A stretch of 64,000 nt of DNA from Phaeosaccion multiseriatum (GCA_965112735.1 OZ218955.1:3596001-3660000), one strand, 5' to 3'; counted from the first letter of the stretch, positions 1 to 11,750 are shown. Notes: generated by a model not told the origin, from the sequence alone. Numbers and translations are program-made.

Positions 1-88
1 CGTGGAGGAGAAGGATGAGGACACATAAAGTGAAGTGAAGATCGCGAGCGTGGAGGAGAAGGATGAGGACACGTAAAGTGAAGTGAAG
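1..88. repeat. 48-bp-period tandem duplication (2 copies visible, may continue left of the window)
   Basis: cgtggaggagaaggatgaggacacRtaaagtgaagtgaag occurs at 1-40 and 49-88. Confidence 0.85.
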
Positions 89-1744
89 CGTCGACAGAGT
101 GGTACAAGGGAAGGAGGAGAAAGCCAAATGGAAGCGATGGAGGGGGGGAGGCTTGGGCGGGTGGGTCTCCGTGACGACATGGTGGGATGGGACAGAGAGG
201 CTGCGTGTGGGGGAGGTGGGGAGGGGGGGGGGACTGTGCTCTTCATGGCGCCTTTGGCTTTGTTCAATCACTTCGTGTGTCTGTCAGGGCCTTGGGGCGG
301 TGGGCATAACCTTGCCGTTAATAAAAAATTAAAAAATAACGTGACGGTGTATTGAGTTGATTGTTATACATCACTCGCAGAGGCATATAGCCTAAAGCAT
401 GTCAAATGCAGTACACACCCTGTAGATTCCTGTCTCTCCCATACATTGCCTCTTCCATTGGTGGCGAGAGGCATCAGCCACCTCCTCCGTTCGCCTTGGG
501 GGGGGGAGCGCAGGGCAGGCAGCACTAACGCAGCAAAACGCCCCCGTCTCGTTGGCCCAACCACATCCCCAAGCTTGGCCCCTCCTCCCGGAAGTCAGTG
601 ACTCGCCTCAACCTCTCCACTGCGGGAAGCAGTCGTCCTTCCCCCCCCTCTCTCCAGCGACTCATCACTCGTCCACTGCCATCCCATCCTGCCTGCCACT
701 TGCACAGCTGCACAGCTGTGGCCCTCTGTGTGAAGCTCCTCCTCATCCCCGCCTCACCGTCCAAAGCAAGTGGGCGAATACGGGGGGGGGCTACAGGGTC
801 GTCAGGATAAGTAGACAGACTGAGAGAGAGAGAGAGAAAGAGTCAAGCCACTTGACGGAGAAGAGCTGGCTGCTGCATCACCAACCTTTGCTGCTACTGC
901 TGAGCTGTTTGCATATCACCAACTGCTATGCTCTGCTTGTCCACAGGTCACCCTCAGAGGTGATCAGTGCCGCAGATGGTCCTCCCTGGTGGTTTGACTT
1001 GGGGAGGAGGCGCCCCTTGCAATACCCACTTTATTGTGCCTTCCAGGGCTCTGCACAGAATATTGTAAGGGAACAAAGCCCTGCCGCCCTGCTGATCCAT
1101 CCGCATCATCACATTCGACCGTTGAGACCGTTGAGACCGTTGAGACCGTTGAGGCCCGGCAAGGGTCACTCTCTTGGTTCTTCTCTCTCTCTCTTTCGTT
1201 CTCTTGAGATGCGATACGCGGGCCCAATGAAGAGTTCCAGAACCCGTCAAAAAGTCGTCGGTCCTCGATGTGTGCTCCATTGGGAAGACCAGAGGCCAAC
1301 AAGGGGCAGAGGCGGCCAGAGACCAGCACCAGCACCAGCACCAAGACAGAAATACCATTACCAATACCACACCGTTTCGGAGCCTCTCAGTCTCTCAGCC
1401 TCGGAGTCGAGCTGCGCACGCGCCTCTGAGAGCGGAGCCGCGGGAGGGGAGATGGTACGAGGGGCGGGCGGAGGGAGGAAGCCAAAAGCCCAAACCTCAG
1501 CAGCCCCGACGACCACCCACGACCATCCCCTCCCACCCCACCCCGCGTGTGGGAAGCAGGCATGCCGCACGCACGCCGCACACACGTCCACACGGAGGCA
1601 ATCCTCTGGCGAAGTTCGGGTTTGAGTTTGGGTTCTGCCCCGCCCCAAGAAAGTCAGTTGCCTCACCGCCGTGCGAACAGCATCACGTACAGGAAGTGGT
1701 GAGGGAGCTTGGGTATCCCCCCTCCTTTGGCAAACTGCCACACC

Positions 1745-4302
1745 TCACCGCCGTCGGAACATCACGACATAGAGGAAGTGATCAGGGTGTCTGAGCGTCT
1801 CCCACAGGGCCACAAGAGGCGCGTCCAAAGGTACCTCCACACCCTGCGCCACGGCACCCCACTTGGCGCCTACCTCCTGCTCCCCTCCCTGTGGCTGTAT
1901 CACCAACTCCTGCTGGTCTTGCTGCGGCTCCCCCTCCCCCTCACCATCCTCCCCCTGCTGTTGCTGGCCCGAGGGGGATTGCCGCCCCAGGGGGTCGGGG
2001 GGCAGCAGCAGCTCAGGGCATATGGCCTGCAGCGCCTCAAGAAGCGTCACTGCTCGGCCTGGGGCGGATGGCAGTGGATGGGGGAGGGGGGAGGGGGGGG
2101 AGGGGATCCAAACCTTCAGTTTCAGTGCGAGTTGCAGGTTCAGTGTCCCTCTGCTTCAGGGCAGGAGAGCTCATGCTACATCTTACCTCCTGCCGCCCCT
2201 CCAACTCCTTCGTGTGGGGACGATGAAACTGGCACTGACACTGAAGCCTCCACAGTTGGCGTCACCCCAGCTCCATCTACCGGAGTTTGACTTGCAGTGT
2301 CTGTGTCCGCTGCTGAAGCAGGAACCGTAGTCGTTGGTGATACAGCAGTCGGCGGACCAGCAGGGGCGGCGTGTGGGGGGTGGTAGGGAAGCACTGGTAG
2401 TTGGCGAGCGGGGCTCAACCGAGGAGGAGGTGCAGGTGTTGGTGATAGTGCTACAGGCTTGTCTGCTGCCACTACCCCTGCCTCCGTCTTGGCAATGCTG
2501 AGACTCACTGACTTATTGTGGCTCTCCTCAGCGAGGTAGGGGGGGAGCAGCACCCGCAGGGGAACGCCCTTGACTTCTTCCCTGTGAGAAAGGTCCCCCT
2601 CCCTCACGCCCCATCTGCTGCCGTCTGTGACCCTGCTGCTGCTGCTGCTGCTGCTGCTCCTGCTGTTGCTGGCCTCTTGCGGAGAACTCTCCCCAGAACC
2701 TTCTTTCGAGGCCATACCTCCCCCCTTGGGCGGCCCCTCTAAACCACCAAGCGGCGTGGCGCCAAAGCTCTTCTCGTCGATCTCGGCGTAGCGCTGCCCG
2801 TCGTCTGCAGTACAACACAAGGCAGGGAAAGCCGTCCGACATCGATGGCAGCAGACGACGAGATACAAAGACCAAGCGACCGCGTGAGTGTGTGAGTGCC
2901 GCTGGGGCTCATCGCCATTGTCAGTCGTGAGCGCTCAACTTCGTGCTACACGGCAGAGCGACGGCTCTGCTGTTGCTGCACCTTGACCTTGCACCGCCCC
3001 CTGCCGATCCCCCCCTTCCTCCCGACCTCCAACGCTTGTTCAGACAGCACCATGCTTAGACGCTCAGCGGCACGGAGGGAGCGCCTCAGCATCAGTCCTT
3101 CGATGCCCCCACCCACCCCACCCAGCTCTCACCACATCCAACCAACCAACCAATCAACCTACCAACCAACCAACCAACCAACCAACCAACCCGCCGTCTC
3201 TCTCTTTCCACATAGACACACAGATGGTGCGCAAACTAAAGCCCACAAAGGCACTGAGTGCTCTCCCTCCCTCCCTGCCTGCCTGCCTGCCTGCCTGCCG
3301 TCGTCCGCTGCATCCCCACAACAACCGTCGAGTCCTTTCTTCCCTCTTTCCTCCTCCCTCGTACTCACTCACTTGCACTGATCGCCTGCCACAGCATGTT
3401 CTGCGTGTCCTTGGGTAGGCTCATGCCCAACCTGCTGCTCCGGGTCTGCAGATACAGGGCCTGTTTGAGCGTGTTGATGAGATGGTGTCTCACTGAGTCC
3501 TCCCCTCCCCCCGGCAGGAGCTGTGGGGGTCGGTGGGTCGTGACAAGTCAAGTCAAGTCACAGATAGCGCATGGGCGGTGGAGCGGGACCGTGAGGACGA
3601 TGGGCAAGAGGAGGGGGCATGGAAGTATGGCAGCAGCAAGAGCAACACCAGCAGCAGTGGGTGATGAGGACAGTGGCGCTGTTGGGCGGGCTCACCTTGG
3701 CATCCCGTGGGGGGTTGTGGAAGTGGAGGATAAGTCTCCAAGGCAGAGTTGCGCTGCCGAAACCGGAGGGGGTGGATGGTAGTGGATCGGACTGAGCTGT
3801 GTGTGCCACCTGGGCCTGGTGCAGGTCGAAAAGGACCCCGGTGGGCACGTGCCAAGGCAGCGGCAAGCCCGTTCGGGCATCCTCCACCCACAGCTCCCGC
3901 TGCGCGTCGAGGGCGGCATCACCGAAGGCAGAGAGGACAGGGGCCGTGGCACAGGGCATCCACGACATGCGGGGGAGGAGCACCTGAAAGGGAGGAGGGG
4001 GGGGGCGGGCGTTGCGTTGGACAGCTTGGGTGATGGGCAGAAAAAGCGACGCACTGCAACACAACTCTTCCGCGTGTCCGTCTAGCGAGGGACGGAGACA
4101 TCGACAGTGGACTAACGCTTGCCTCTCCTTTGAGAGAGAAAAGGGAGGCTATCTCTTCGCTACTCACGTAGTGCGGCGGCGGGGGGTGCAGAGAGGTGAC
4201 CTCTTGCTCGTCCATGACGAACTCCGCCGGGATGAAGCCATTCCATAGCCCGTCGGCAACCCTCGACCGGAGATCCAGCTCATCTCCGTCCGGCAAGACC
4301 AT
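1745..4302 (-). CDS. ATG5: Autophagy protein 5 (ATG12 conjugation target), ~5 exons, with long low-complexity insertions
   Basis: Spliced exons give LWNGFIP...HYVLLPRMSW, LPLPWHVPTGVLFDL, LPWRLILHF, HLINTLKQALYL (position of the conserved acceptor Lys), QNMLWQAI and C-terminal QGVEVPLDAPLVALWETLRHPDHFLYVV. These are typical ATG5 blocks, and the GT-AG boundaries keep frame. Confidence 0.93.
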
Positions 4303-4639
4303 CGTCTAGGGGGCGGAGGGCGTTAGCAGGTGCGTGCAGGTGAAGATGTAGTAGGGGCAGTCTGGAACACTTTGCCGGTTGGTGACCCAAGCCAGCCTGT
4401 GAGTTCTCCCTCCTTCCTCTTCCCTCTTCCCCCCCGCCCTTAAGTGCCATCAATGATTGTCTAAAAGCCCTCGAGGTCGTGTCCCTCTGACTCATCAGTT
4501 CTCCCCATTGGAACAAAGTTGATACCAGCCAGGATCCTGTGTCGAACCGATCGTTCGTGTCGGGCCCGCTGGAGCGCTACCTCTTCCCCCCCCCCTCTTA
4601 CTATGTTATTCTTATGACGTGAGACGGGAACAAAATGTC

Positions 4640-5075
4640 AATTTGGAGCACTTCCGAAATAAAGGCTTCACTCCCCTCCATGCATTGGCTAAGGTGGACA
4701 ACAGGGAAGCAAGACACAGAGAGTGTATGTGGAGGTTAGGGGGGTGAGTAGAGTAGCTATGCTGGAGAGCGTCACGTCAAGCGGCTGCACAAGTGCGGGC
4801 TTGACTTTGACGCCGTGCGGGGGAGTAAAGGGCGTGATCCTGGCCAGGCATAGCTTCATTGCGCTGCAAGGAAGGGACAGCTTGACTTGGTCCAGGGACT
4901 AGAGTGGACGGCTGGACTTGGTCCAGGGACAAGAGTGGAGGCGGATGCAGGTATCAGCATGAAGTGCGGTAAAGGAGGGACCGCTTTGACCTGGGCTTCA
5001 GGAAGTCACCGCCTCTTTGATTTTGAGGTACTTGCTGAGGCATGGCGCTGAAGTGGAGGGCAGCGAGGTTCTTAA
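4640..5075 (+). pseudogene. Decayed ankyrin-repeat gene fragment
   Basis: Frame-broken pieces GFTPLHALAK, HVKRLHKCGLDFD, LHCAARKGQLDLVQGL, GGTALTWAS and ILRYLLRHGAEV, with an in-frame stop and an internal ~31-bp duplication (~4881-4941). No intact ORF. Confidence 0.7.
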
Positions 5076-5134
5076 GCCGTCTCTCAACTGTGTTGTAACA
5101 GTACTATCCATTCCAGAGCATCGCATCGTGAGTC

Positions 5135-7344
5135 CTACCAAGTGCCCTTGACATGCGTCACCTCGACCCCTGCTGTACCACCAACTGCTGTAGCCCCAAC
5201 TGGCTGTGTGGGTGCCATCCCTTGGCCTTGGCTGTACCCGCTGAGGCTGCCGCTCTTGAAGGGCCGAAAGTCGCAGCTGGAGAAGCCCAGCGCCGTGAGT
5301 TTGCCCTGCAGCTCCTGAGCACAACCCGACGCCAGCGCTTCATGCAGCACGTCCTGAGGGATGGAAGTGGAAGGGCGTGGATGGGAGTGAATGAGACGTG
5401 ACAGGGCGAAGTTGGGCTGAGTCGGGAGGGTGTGTGGGCACTGCCACCGAGTAGTAACGTCCTTTGACATACGCCTCTTCTCACCCATATTCCTGCTCTC
5501 CAATAAGGCCTTCCCTGTCTCACCCATATGCCTCACCTGATCCACCTCCACCAGCGCCTTCCCTTTGTCCATGTGCCTCACTCGGAGGTTGTGGCTTACG
5601 CTCAGCTGCAGCGCGTCCTTCACCATCTCCTCGGCCATCTCCACCAGGCGGAGCCGCTCTGTGACGGGGGTGAGGGGGAGGGGGGGCACAAAGCACACAT
5701 GCAAGGGACATGAAAGGGCGGACTTCACGAGCTAAGCTTTCGCCTGTGCTGGTACTTTTCTTGCCATGTGTGGGGACTTGACGGACAACGGGGTGGGGAG
5801 GGGGGCTCTTCATCCGCTTCTCACTCACTCACTCATTCACTCACTAGTGTGTATATCTCTCTCTCACTCACTCACCGGGAGTAGCCTCCACCCCGAAAGC
5901 AAGTCGTGAGCGCAGACAGGGGGAAGCCGCGTAGTTCCAGTTTGGCAGCCCAAGCTCCAGGGCCACGCCACGCACCTGAAACACGCAAGCACGCACGCAG
6001 CAGGGAATAGGAACGAAGGAGGTTCCGGTTTGTGACTCACTGTCTGTCTGACTGACTGACCAGCTGACTGAGCGGACTACCTGCCTGATTGACTGACTGA
6101 CTGACTGACTGACTGACTGACTGACTGACTGACTGACACCAGGTACTAACCTCCTCCTTGGTGAGTGAGTCAATGGGTGAGCTGACCCCGAAGTTGCTAG
6201 CCGCCTTCAGACCCACCCTGGTGGGGTCTCTCTTATCGTCCTTGTTGGTGCCGTTGAAGAGCATCACGGGCACCACCCTTTCCCCCACCACCCTCCCCGC
6301 CATGGAGGCCTCTACCCAATCTGTATGTACAGAGGCGGTGGGTGTACTGCCGTGTGGTATAGCCACTTCTGGTTGCGGTTGTGATCCAGTGTGTGTGTGT
6401 GCGCTGAGGGAAGAAGAGAAAGACGACCCTTTCGAGGCATCAGACACTCTAGACGCCTCTGCTGCTACGGCCTGCAGGCTGGAGTATAAGTGCGACTTGC
6501 AGTGAAAGCAGCTCTGACCGGCGTTGGCCACGTAGTGTGCATCTTCTCCTTCTCTCGTCTTGGCGGTGACACAGAGAGGCAAGCAGCAGCATAGGCAGGT
6601 GTCAGGGAGAGAGGCAGAGGGAGCAGATGTAACCCGATCAGGGCTACGCACATCTTTCAATAGGCATACCCATTTCGATCCCATTCTTGGTGAAGGGAGG
6701 GAGGGGCAGGCAGGTAGGTGTATCAAGCGAAACGCTGGGTCGTATCACGGGATGGGGAAGAGATAGCACAGCATCAGGGATGGACGCACCTGGACCTCCC
6801 TGAGCTCGATGCCGATGTGTGCAGCCACCCTCCTGGCAAGCACGTGCTGCGCGGCAGGCAGAGCCGCCGAAAGCCCAATGCAAGCGAAGCTAAGGAGGCG
6901 GTGGAAAGGAACATACGAGAATCAAGGTCACCTAGAGAGTTACAGAGGGACCGGGTGCATCAATGACGAGAGAGGAAGGAATACGAGTAAGAAGACGCAC
7001 CTGTTGTCAGGGTAGACGCTGTGGACTAGGGCAGCGACCAAGGAGCTGTCGACCCCGCCCGAGAAAGCCACCACGTTCACGCCTTCCCCTCCTTCTCTCG
7101 CAGCGGCGCCTCTTCTCTTCATCGCAGAGGACAGACCCTGGCGACGCACTACTTCCCGGAGACGCTGCAGAGTCGAAGAAGCCATGCTGCGTGTGGAGAG
7201 GGAAGAAAGGCGAGAAAGAAGAAAGATGTCAGTCAATGAAAGTCGAATTGACCGAAATAAAGTCGGACTCGGGGCCTCAGGGGGAGAGGGGAGAGGATGG
7301 AAAAGCTTTAAGTGAAGGTGTGAAAGACCTCCAACCCTGCGCAT
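5135..7344 (-). CDS. larE: LarE-family ATP-dependent sulfurtransferase (PP-loop), ~6 exons; possible organellar transit peptide (alternative ATG at 7185)
   Basis: VVAFSGGVDSSLV PP-loop, YVANAGQSCFHCK, FNGTNKDD..DPTRVGLKAA, SPIDSLTKEEVR...LGLPNWNYAASPCLRSR, ERLRLVEMAEE, LRVRH..A.VEVD and LGF....RPFKSGSL match the LarE motif order. Confidence 0.88.
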
Positions 7345-7451
7345 TGAGATTGTGTAGGATGAGGAGTGGGGAGCAGACTGAAAGGAGAAGGAGGGAGGAG
7401 GGTGAGGGAGGGAGCGCCAGCAATAGAAGGAGGAGAGGAGGAAGCAGACGG

Positions 7452-10400
7452 ATGTCGCATATGCTGAGTCTGCTGAGCTTGACGGCGGGAGGACCAGCAT
7501 TAGCCACTGCCTTCATGCCCTCGGCCCCAGCGACTGTCCTCAGCAGCAGCGGCAGGGGGCTTCAGAGGAGCGGCAGCGGTAGCAGCGGTGGTGTGGAGAG
7601 TAGGGTTGTCCTCTCCTTGCACAGCAGAGCAGTCGCGGGTGCGGTGGATCTCCAACACCAGCGACGGAGTAGCAACAACAGGAGACGGGCATGGGACGGT
7701 AGCAGCTGCAGCAGCAGGGGAGCCACCAGCCCTGCTCCATCGCGAGCCAGTGGAGTCAGCCTGGTGACTCTGAACGTGCTCGACGACTTCATGCAAGCTT
7801 CCCTGGCCGGCATTGAGCGCAGTTATGACGAGCTCACCGAGCGGCTGGGAGACCCCGACGTGCTGGAGGACAGCAACCTCCTCATGAAGGTGAGCGATAG
7901 CGATACAGAGGCCCCAAAGAAGCATTCGATAATTAACAATCGTGGTCTCTTGATATTTGTGGTGTGCTTCTCCTTCTCCTTGCTGCGGTTGGCGCTGTCG
8001 CTGTCCTCCTCCTCCTCCTCCCCCCCCCCTTCCTCCTCCTCCTCCTCCTCGTCGTCGTCGTCGTCGTCCTCTTTTGCCTTCCTACAAAGCTAAACCTGCA
8101 ATTGCACCTCAACGAACTACCTCCATCACTAGGTGAGCATGGACCGGAGCCAAGTGGAGCCCACTGTGCTGGCGTTTCAGAAGTACAAGAGCATGCAGGA
8201 GGACCACAAGGGCGCCGAGGAGCTCTTTAGAGAGTCGGGCTCGGACGCAGAGATGAGGGAGATGGCGAGGGATGAGGTGAGCGAAAGTGATTAACCAAGC
8301 GATTAGCCCCTTATTGGCGCAGCGATGATCGCTTCCTGGGGGTGGGAAGATGGATGGTTGCGCGCGACACATGCCAGAGGAACGGAGGCATCGGGAGAGG
8401 GGAGGGGAGGGGGGGGGGGAGAAGGAGCAACGGTCAAGCGGAGGACTTTTTCGAAGCAGTGGCACGGCCCCTTTCGTTGTCGCGGACACTTTTCCCCTAC
8501 ACCTTCTGGGGAACCCTTACCCTCCCTTGCCCTGTACCATACCCTCTATCTTACCCCGAAACCTTTGCCCTGCCCGCCTTTGCTCTTCCCATACACCCTG
8601 TGCCCTTATGCCACTAGATGAATGAGCTGGTCGAGGGTATGGAGAGGCTGGAAGCCGAGCTCGCCATCCTGCTGCTGCCCAAGGACCCCAACGACGAGAG
8701 GAATGTCATGCTCGAAATACGCGCAGGCACGTCCATCATCAGAAGTCATTCCGTCCTCTTACATGCTCTTACGTAATCTTCAAATGTCTTTTCAGGATCG
8801 GTCCATGCTTAGGGCGGGGGTGGATAGGGGCGGGTCTGTTGCTTTGCCGTGTTTTGCGTCTAGCGTTTGTCTTGTTGGCCCTGATCCTGGCCCCTCACCA
8901 CCTCCCTGACCTTCTCACCCTCGCCCCTCACCCTCTCCCTAGTCCTTCACTCCTTCACCTTGACCCTTTTGCTAACCCCTACCCCCCTCCCTCCCCTTCC
9001 CCTTACATCAGGTACGGGTGGGGACGAGGCAGCTCGCTGGGCCGGGGACTTGCTAACCACATACACCAAGTACGCATCGGAGTGCGGCTGGAAGGTCAGT
9101 GAAGCACCATGGAAGGAAGGAGGGACAGAAGGAAGGAAGGAAGGAGGGAATGAAGGGAGGAAGAGAATCAAGGAAGGAAGGAAGGAAGAAGGCAAGAATG
9201 AATGAATGAATGAAGGAAGGAAGGACGGAATGCGCACTCACTCACTCACTCCCTTTTTTCTTGCTGGAAGGTCAAGCTCATCGATGTCGCGGATGGAGAC
9301 GCGGGCGGTTACAAGCAGGTAAGGTGACTGTCCGACGGCAGTGTAGGGTATTGCAGTGTGGTGTAGAGAGTGAGGCAGGGAGGTGTACAGAAGGGCCGTG
9401 AAGTAGTGCAGTGTGGTGTAGAGAGTGAGGCAGGGAGGTGTACAGAAGGGCCGTGAAGTGTCGTGGAGTGTGGTCTAGGGCGGTACCATCTCATTTCCTT
9501 TCGCTCAACCCATCGCTCAATGAATCACTAACTAACTAACTAACTAACTGACTTATTCACTGGCTTACTCCTTCCCTTTCCTCTCATCTCTCTCCTCTAC
9601 TCTCCTCTGCTCTGTGACTGTCCATACACCTCTACCCTGCTCTGTGCCTTGCCCGTTCGCCTCTGCATATCCAGGTGGTCGCGGAGGTCTCCGGGGAGTC
9701 CGTGTATAGCAAACTCAAGTACGAGGCAGGGGTACACAGAGTACAGAGAGTGCCCCAAACGGAGAGCCAAGGTGAGGTATATGGGTCAGTTAGAGGCGTA
9801 TGGGCCATTAGGGGGCATTGCAGGGCACTGTTGCATTGTATGGGATAGGGTAGTATCTCTCTACTAACTACCTACAACTGCGGCTGCCCATACGCCTACG
9901 TCTCCCTCCTGCCTAAATCTACTACTGCCCCATATGCCTCCATCCCTCCTGCCTACATCTGCTGCTACCCCATACACCTCCGTCTCCCTCCTGCCCAAAA
10001 CTGCTGCTTGCCCATATGCCTTCATCTCCCTCCCATATGCCCAATTGCCCGTACCTCCAGGCCGCGTGCACACTTCCACTGCCACTGTGGCGGTGATGCC
10101 CGAGGTGGACGAGGTGACTGTCAACATCGCTCCCGAGGACATCTCCATGACCACCGCCAGGTCGGGGGGGGCAGGGGGGCAGAACGTCAATAAGGTGGGT
10201 ACTGGGGAGGACAAGAAGTTGTGTGTGTGTGTGTATGTGTGTGCGTCGTGTGTTTGTGTATGTGTGTGTGTGTGTGTGCGTGTGTATGTGTGTATGTGTA
10301 CCGATTAGACAGAGAGGCGGAGAGTCTGAGTGCGCAACTGCCCGCCTGTCGCAATGTATCCACCCCCCCCCCCCCTCTCACCCCCTCTCCCTCCCTTCCT

Positions 10401-10898
10401 CCCTCCTCCTCGCGTCGGCTGGTCCCACATCCCATCCCATGGCATGACATGACAGGTGGAGACAGCGTGTGACCTGCTCCACAAGCCTACAGGCATCCGC
10501 ATCTTCTGCACGCAGGAGCGCTCGCAGCTCAAGAATAAGGACCTCGCCATGAAGATGCTCAGGTACATGCACCTTCCCGTGAGAGATGGAGGGTCAGTTT
10601 CGGTTTCAGTTTGCCGTCCTGCCACCCCTCTCTCCTGGCTCCCCTTTGTCGGAACACCCTTCTGTCCTGACGTCTCCCTCTGTCCTGACATCTTCTGTCC
10701 TGGCACTCACGCAGGGCCCGGCTGTACGAGATCGAGCTGGAGAAGCAGCAGGCGTCGGTGTCAGGCAACAGGAAGGCACAGGTTAGAGAGGAGGAAGACG
10801 GGAGGGCAGAGACAGGGGAGGGAGGAAGAGATGAAATTGAGAGAATGTGGTGCCGGTGCAGCAACTTGTGAACTCACACGAGCCAATTATTCCCCCTC

Positions 10899-10933
<35 letters not shown>

Positions 10934-11422
10934 CTCTCTCCGCGTGTGAATGTATGTCACTCCACGTCCTGACACCAGGTGGGGTCCGGTGCCCGCAGTG
11001 AGAAGATCCGCACCTACAACTGGAAGGACTCGCGCTGCTCCGACCACCGCATAGGCAAGGTCAACTCTTATGGACCTATTTGGCCTTCCCTCTTGTTGAC
11101 TTACTGCTATTATCCTACCCTCACCCTCATGACTTACTCGAAGTACTGGCCTACCCTTGACCACAGAGTAGGCAACTAATCTTCCCTCTCAGTGACTTAC
11201 TTGCTACCCTAACCTTAATATTTATGATCACATACACTGCAAACTGAAAACTGACCCTTGCTGCCCTGACCGTTACCCTTAACCGTTACCCCTATAGGCA
11301 AGAACTTCCCTCTGAGTGACTTCATGGGCGGGAACATCGACGCCATGATCCAGGCTTGTTCCGTGGTGGACCAACAAGCCATGATGCAGGAGATGGCAGA
11401 GGAACAGGTTAAGGGCAAATAA
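7452..11422 (+). CDS. prfA: Peptide chain release factor 1, plastid-targeted, ~11 exons (upstream in-frame ATG at 7359 possible)
   Basis: [42 protein letters not shown] (PxT motif of RF1), [38 protein letters not shown] and RSEKIRTYN. The N-terminus is hydrophobic and ends in ATAF-MP (ASAFAP-like). One intron is GC-AG (8727-9011). Confidence 0.95.
9353..9460. repeat. Intronic ~56-bp tandem duplication (2 copies)
   Basis: gcagtgtggtgtagagagtgaggcagggaggtgtacagaagggccgtgaagt occurs twice in a prfA intron. Confidence 0.85.
9880..10045. repeat. Degenerate intronic minisatellite (~35-42 bp unit, ~4 copies)
   Basis: A unit like ctgctgcccataYRcctccRtctccctcctgcc recurs in the prfA intron. Confidence 0.7.
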
Positions 11423-11750
11423 GCAACTTGTTCTGCTTCTACATGTGAAAGCGTAGATGGCAGCAGACGGATGGATGGCAGTAGATGGGAGATGGCTGCT
11501 TCGAAGCCATCTAGCCGTGCACCTGTCTATCCACCCGCCTAATGTATATCCCATGCTCTCTTAGTAATTACACCACACTGCTCGGGCCTGAGAGATCCAG
11601 AGAGAGAGAGAGAGAGGGCTCCACATAAAAGGGAGGGGGGGGGGTTGCTGTAGTGATTGCTGAGACCCTGGAGGGACGCAGAGACGCAGCACCCATAATA
11701 GATCAATAAAAGAGACATTCTAGCCCTTGTGTTCATGGGGTTATGTATGC

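Noticed and set aside
1-246. Open frame on the minus strand from ATG 246 running off the window
   Set aside because: It could be a first exon, but it is Pro/Ser-rich with no homology evidence, so it was not called.
552-1625. 357-aa ORF with a 9-bp repeat (RPL)x4
   Set aside because: It has low complexity, a non-ATG start and no recognisable domain, and it runs through (GA)n and (CT)n tracts. It is probably a chance ORF in GC-rich DNA.
2890-3110. Coding-looking sequence inside an ATG5 intron
   Set aside because: ATG5 splices in frame without it, it contains a stop on the gene strand, and it shows no recognisable motif.
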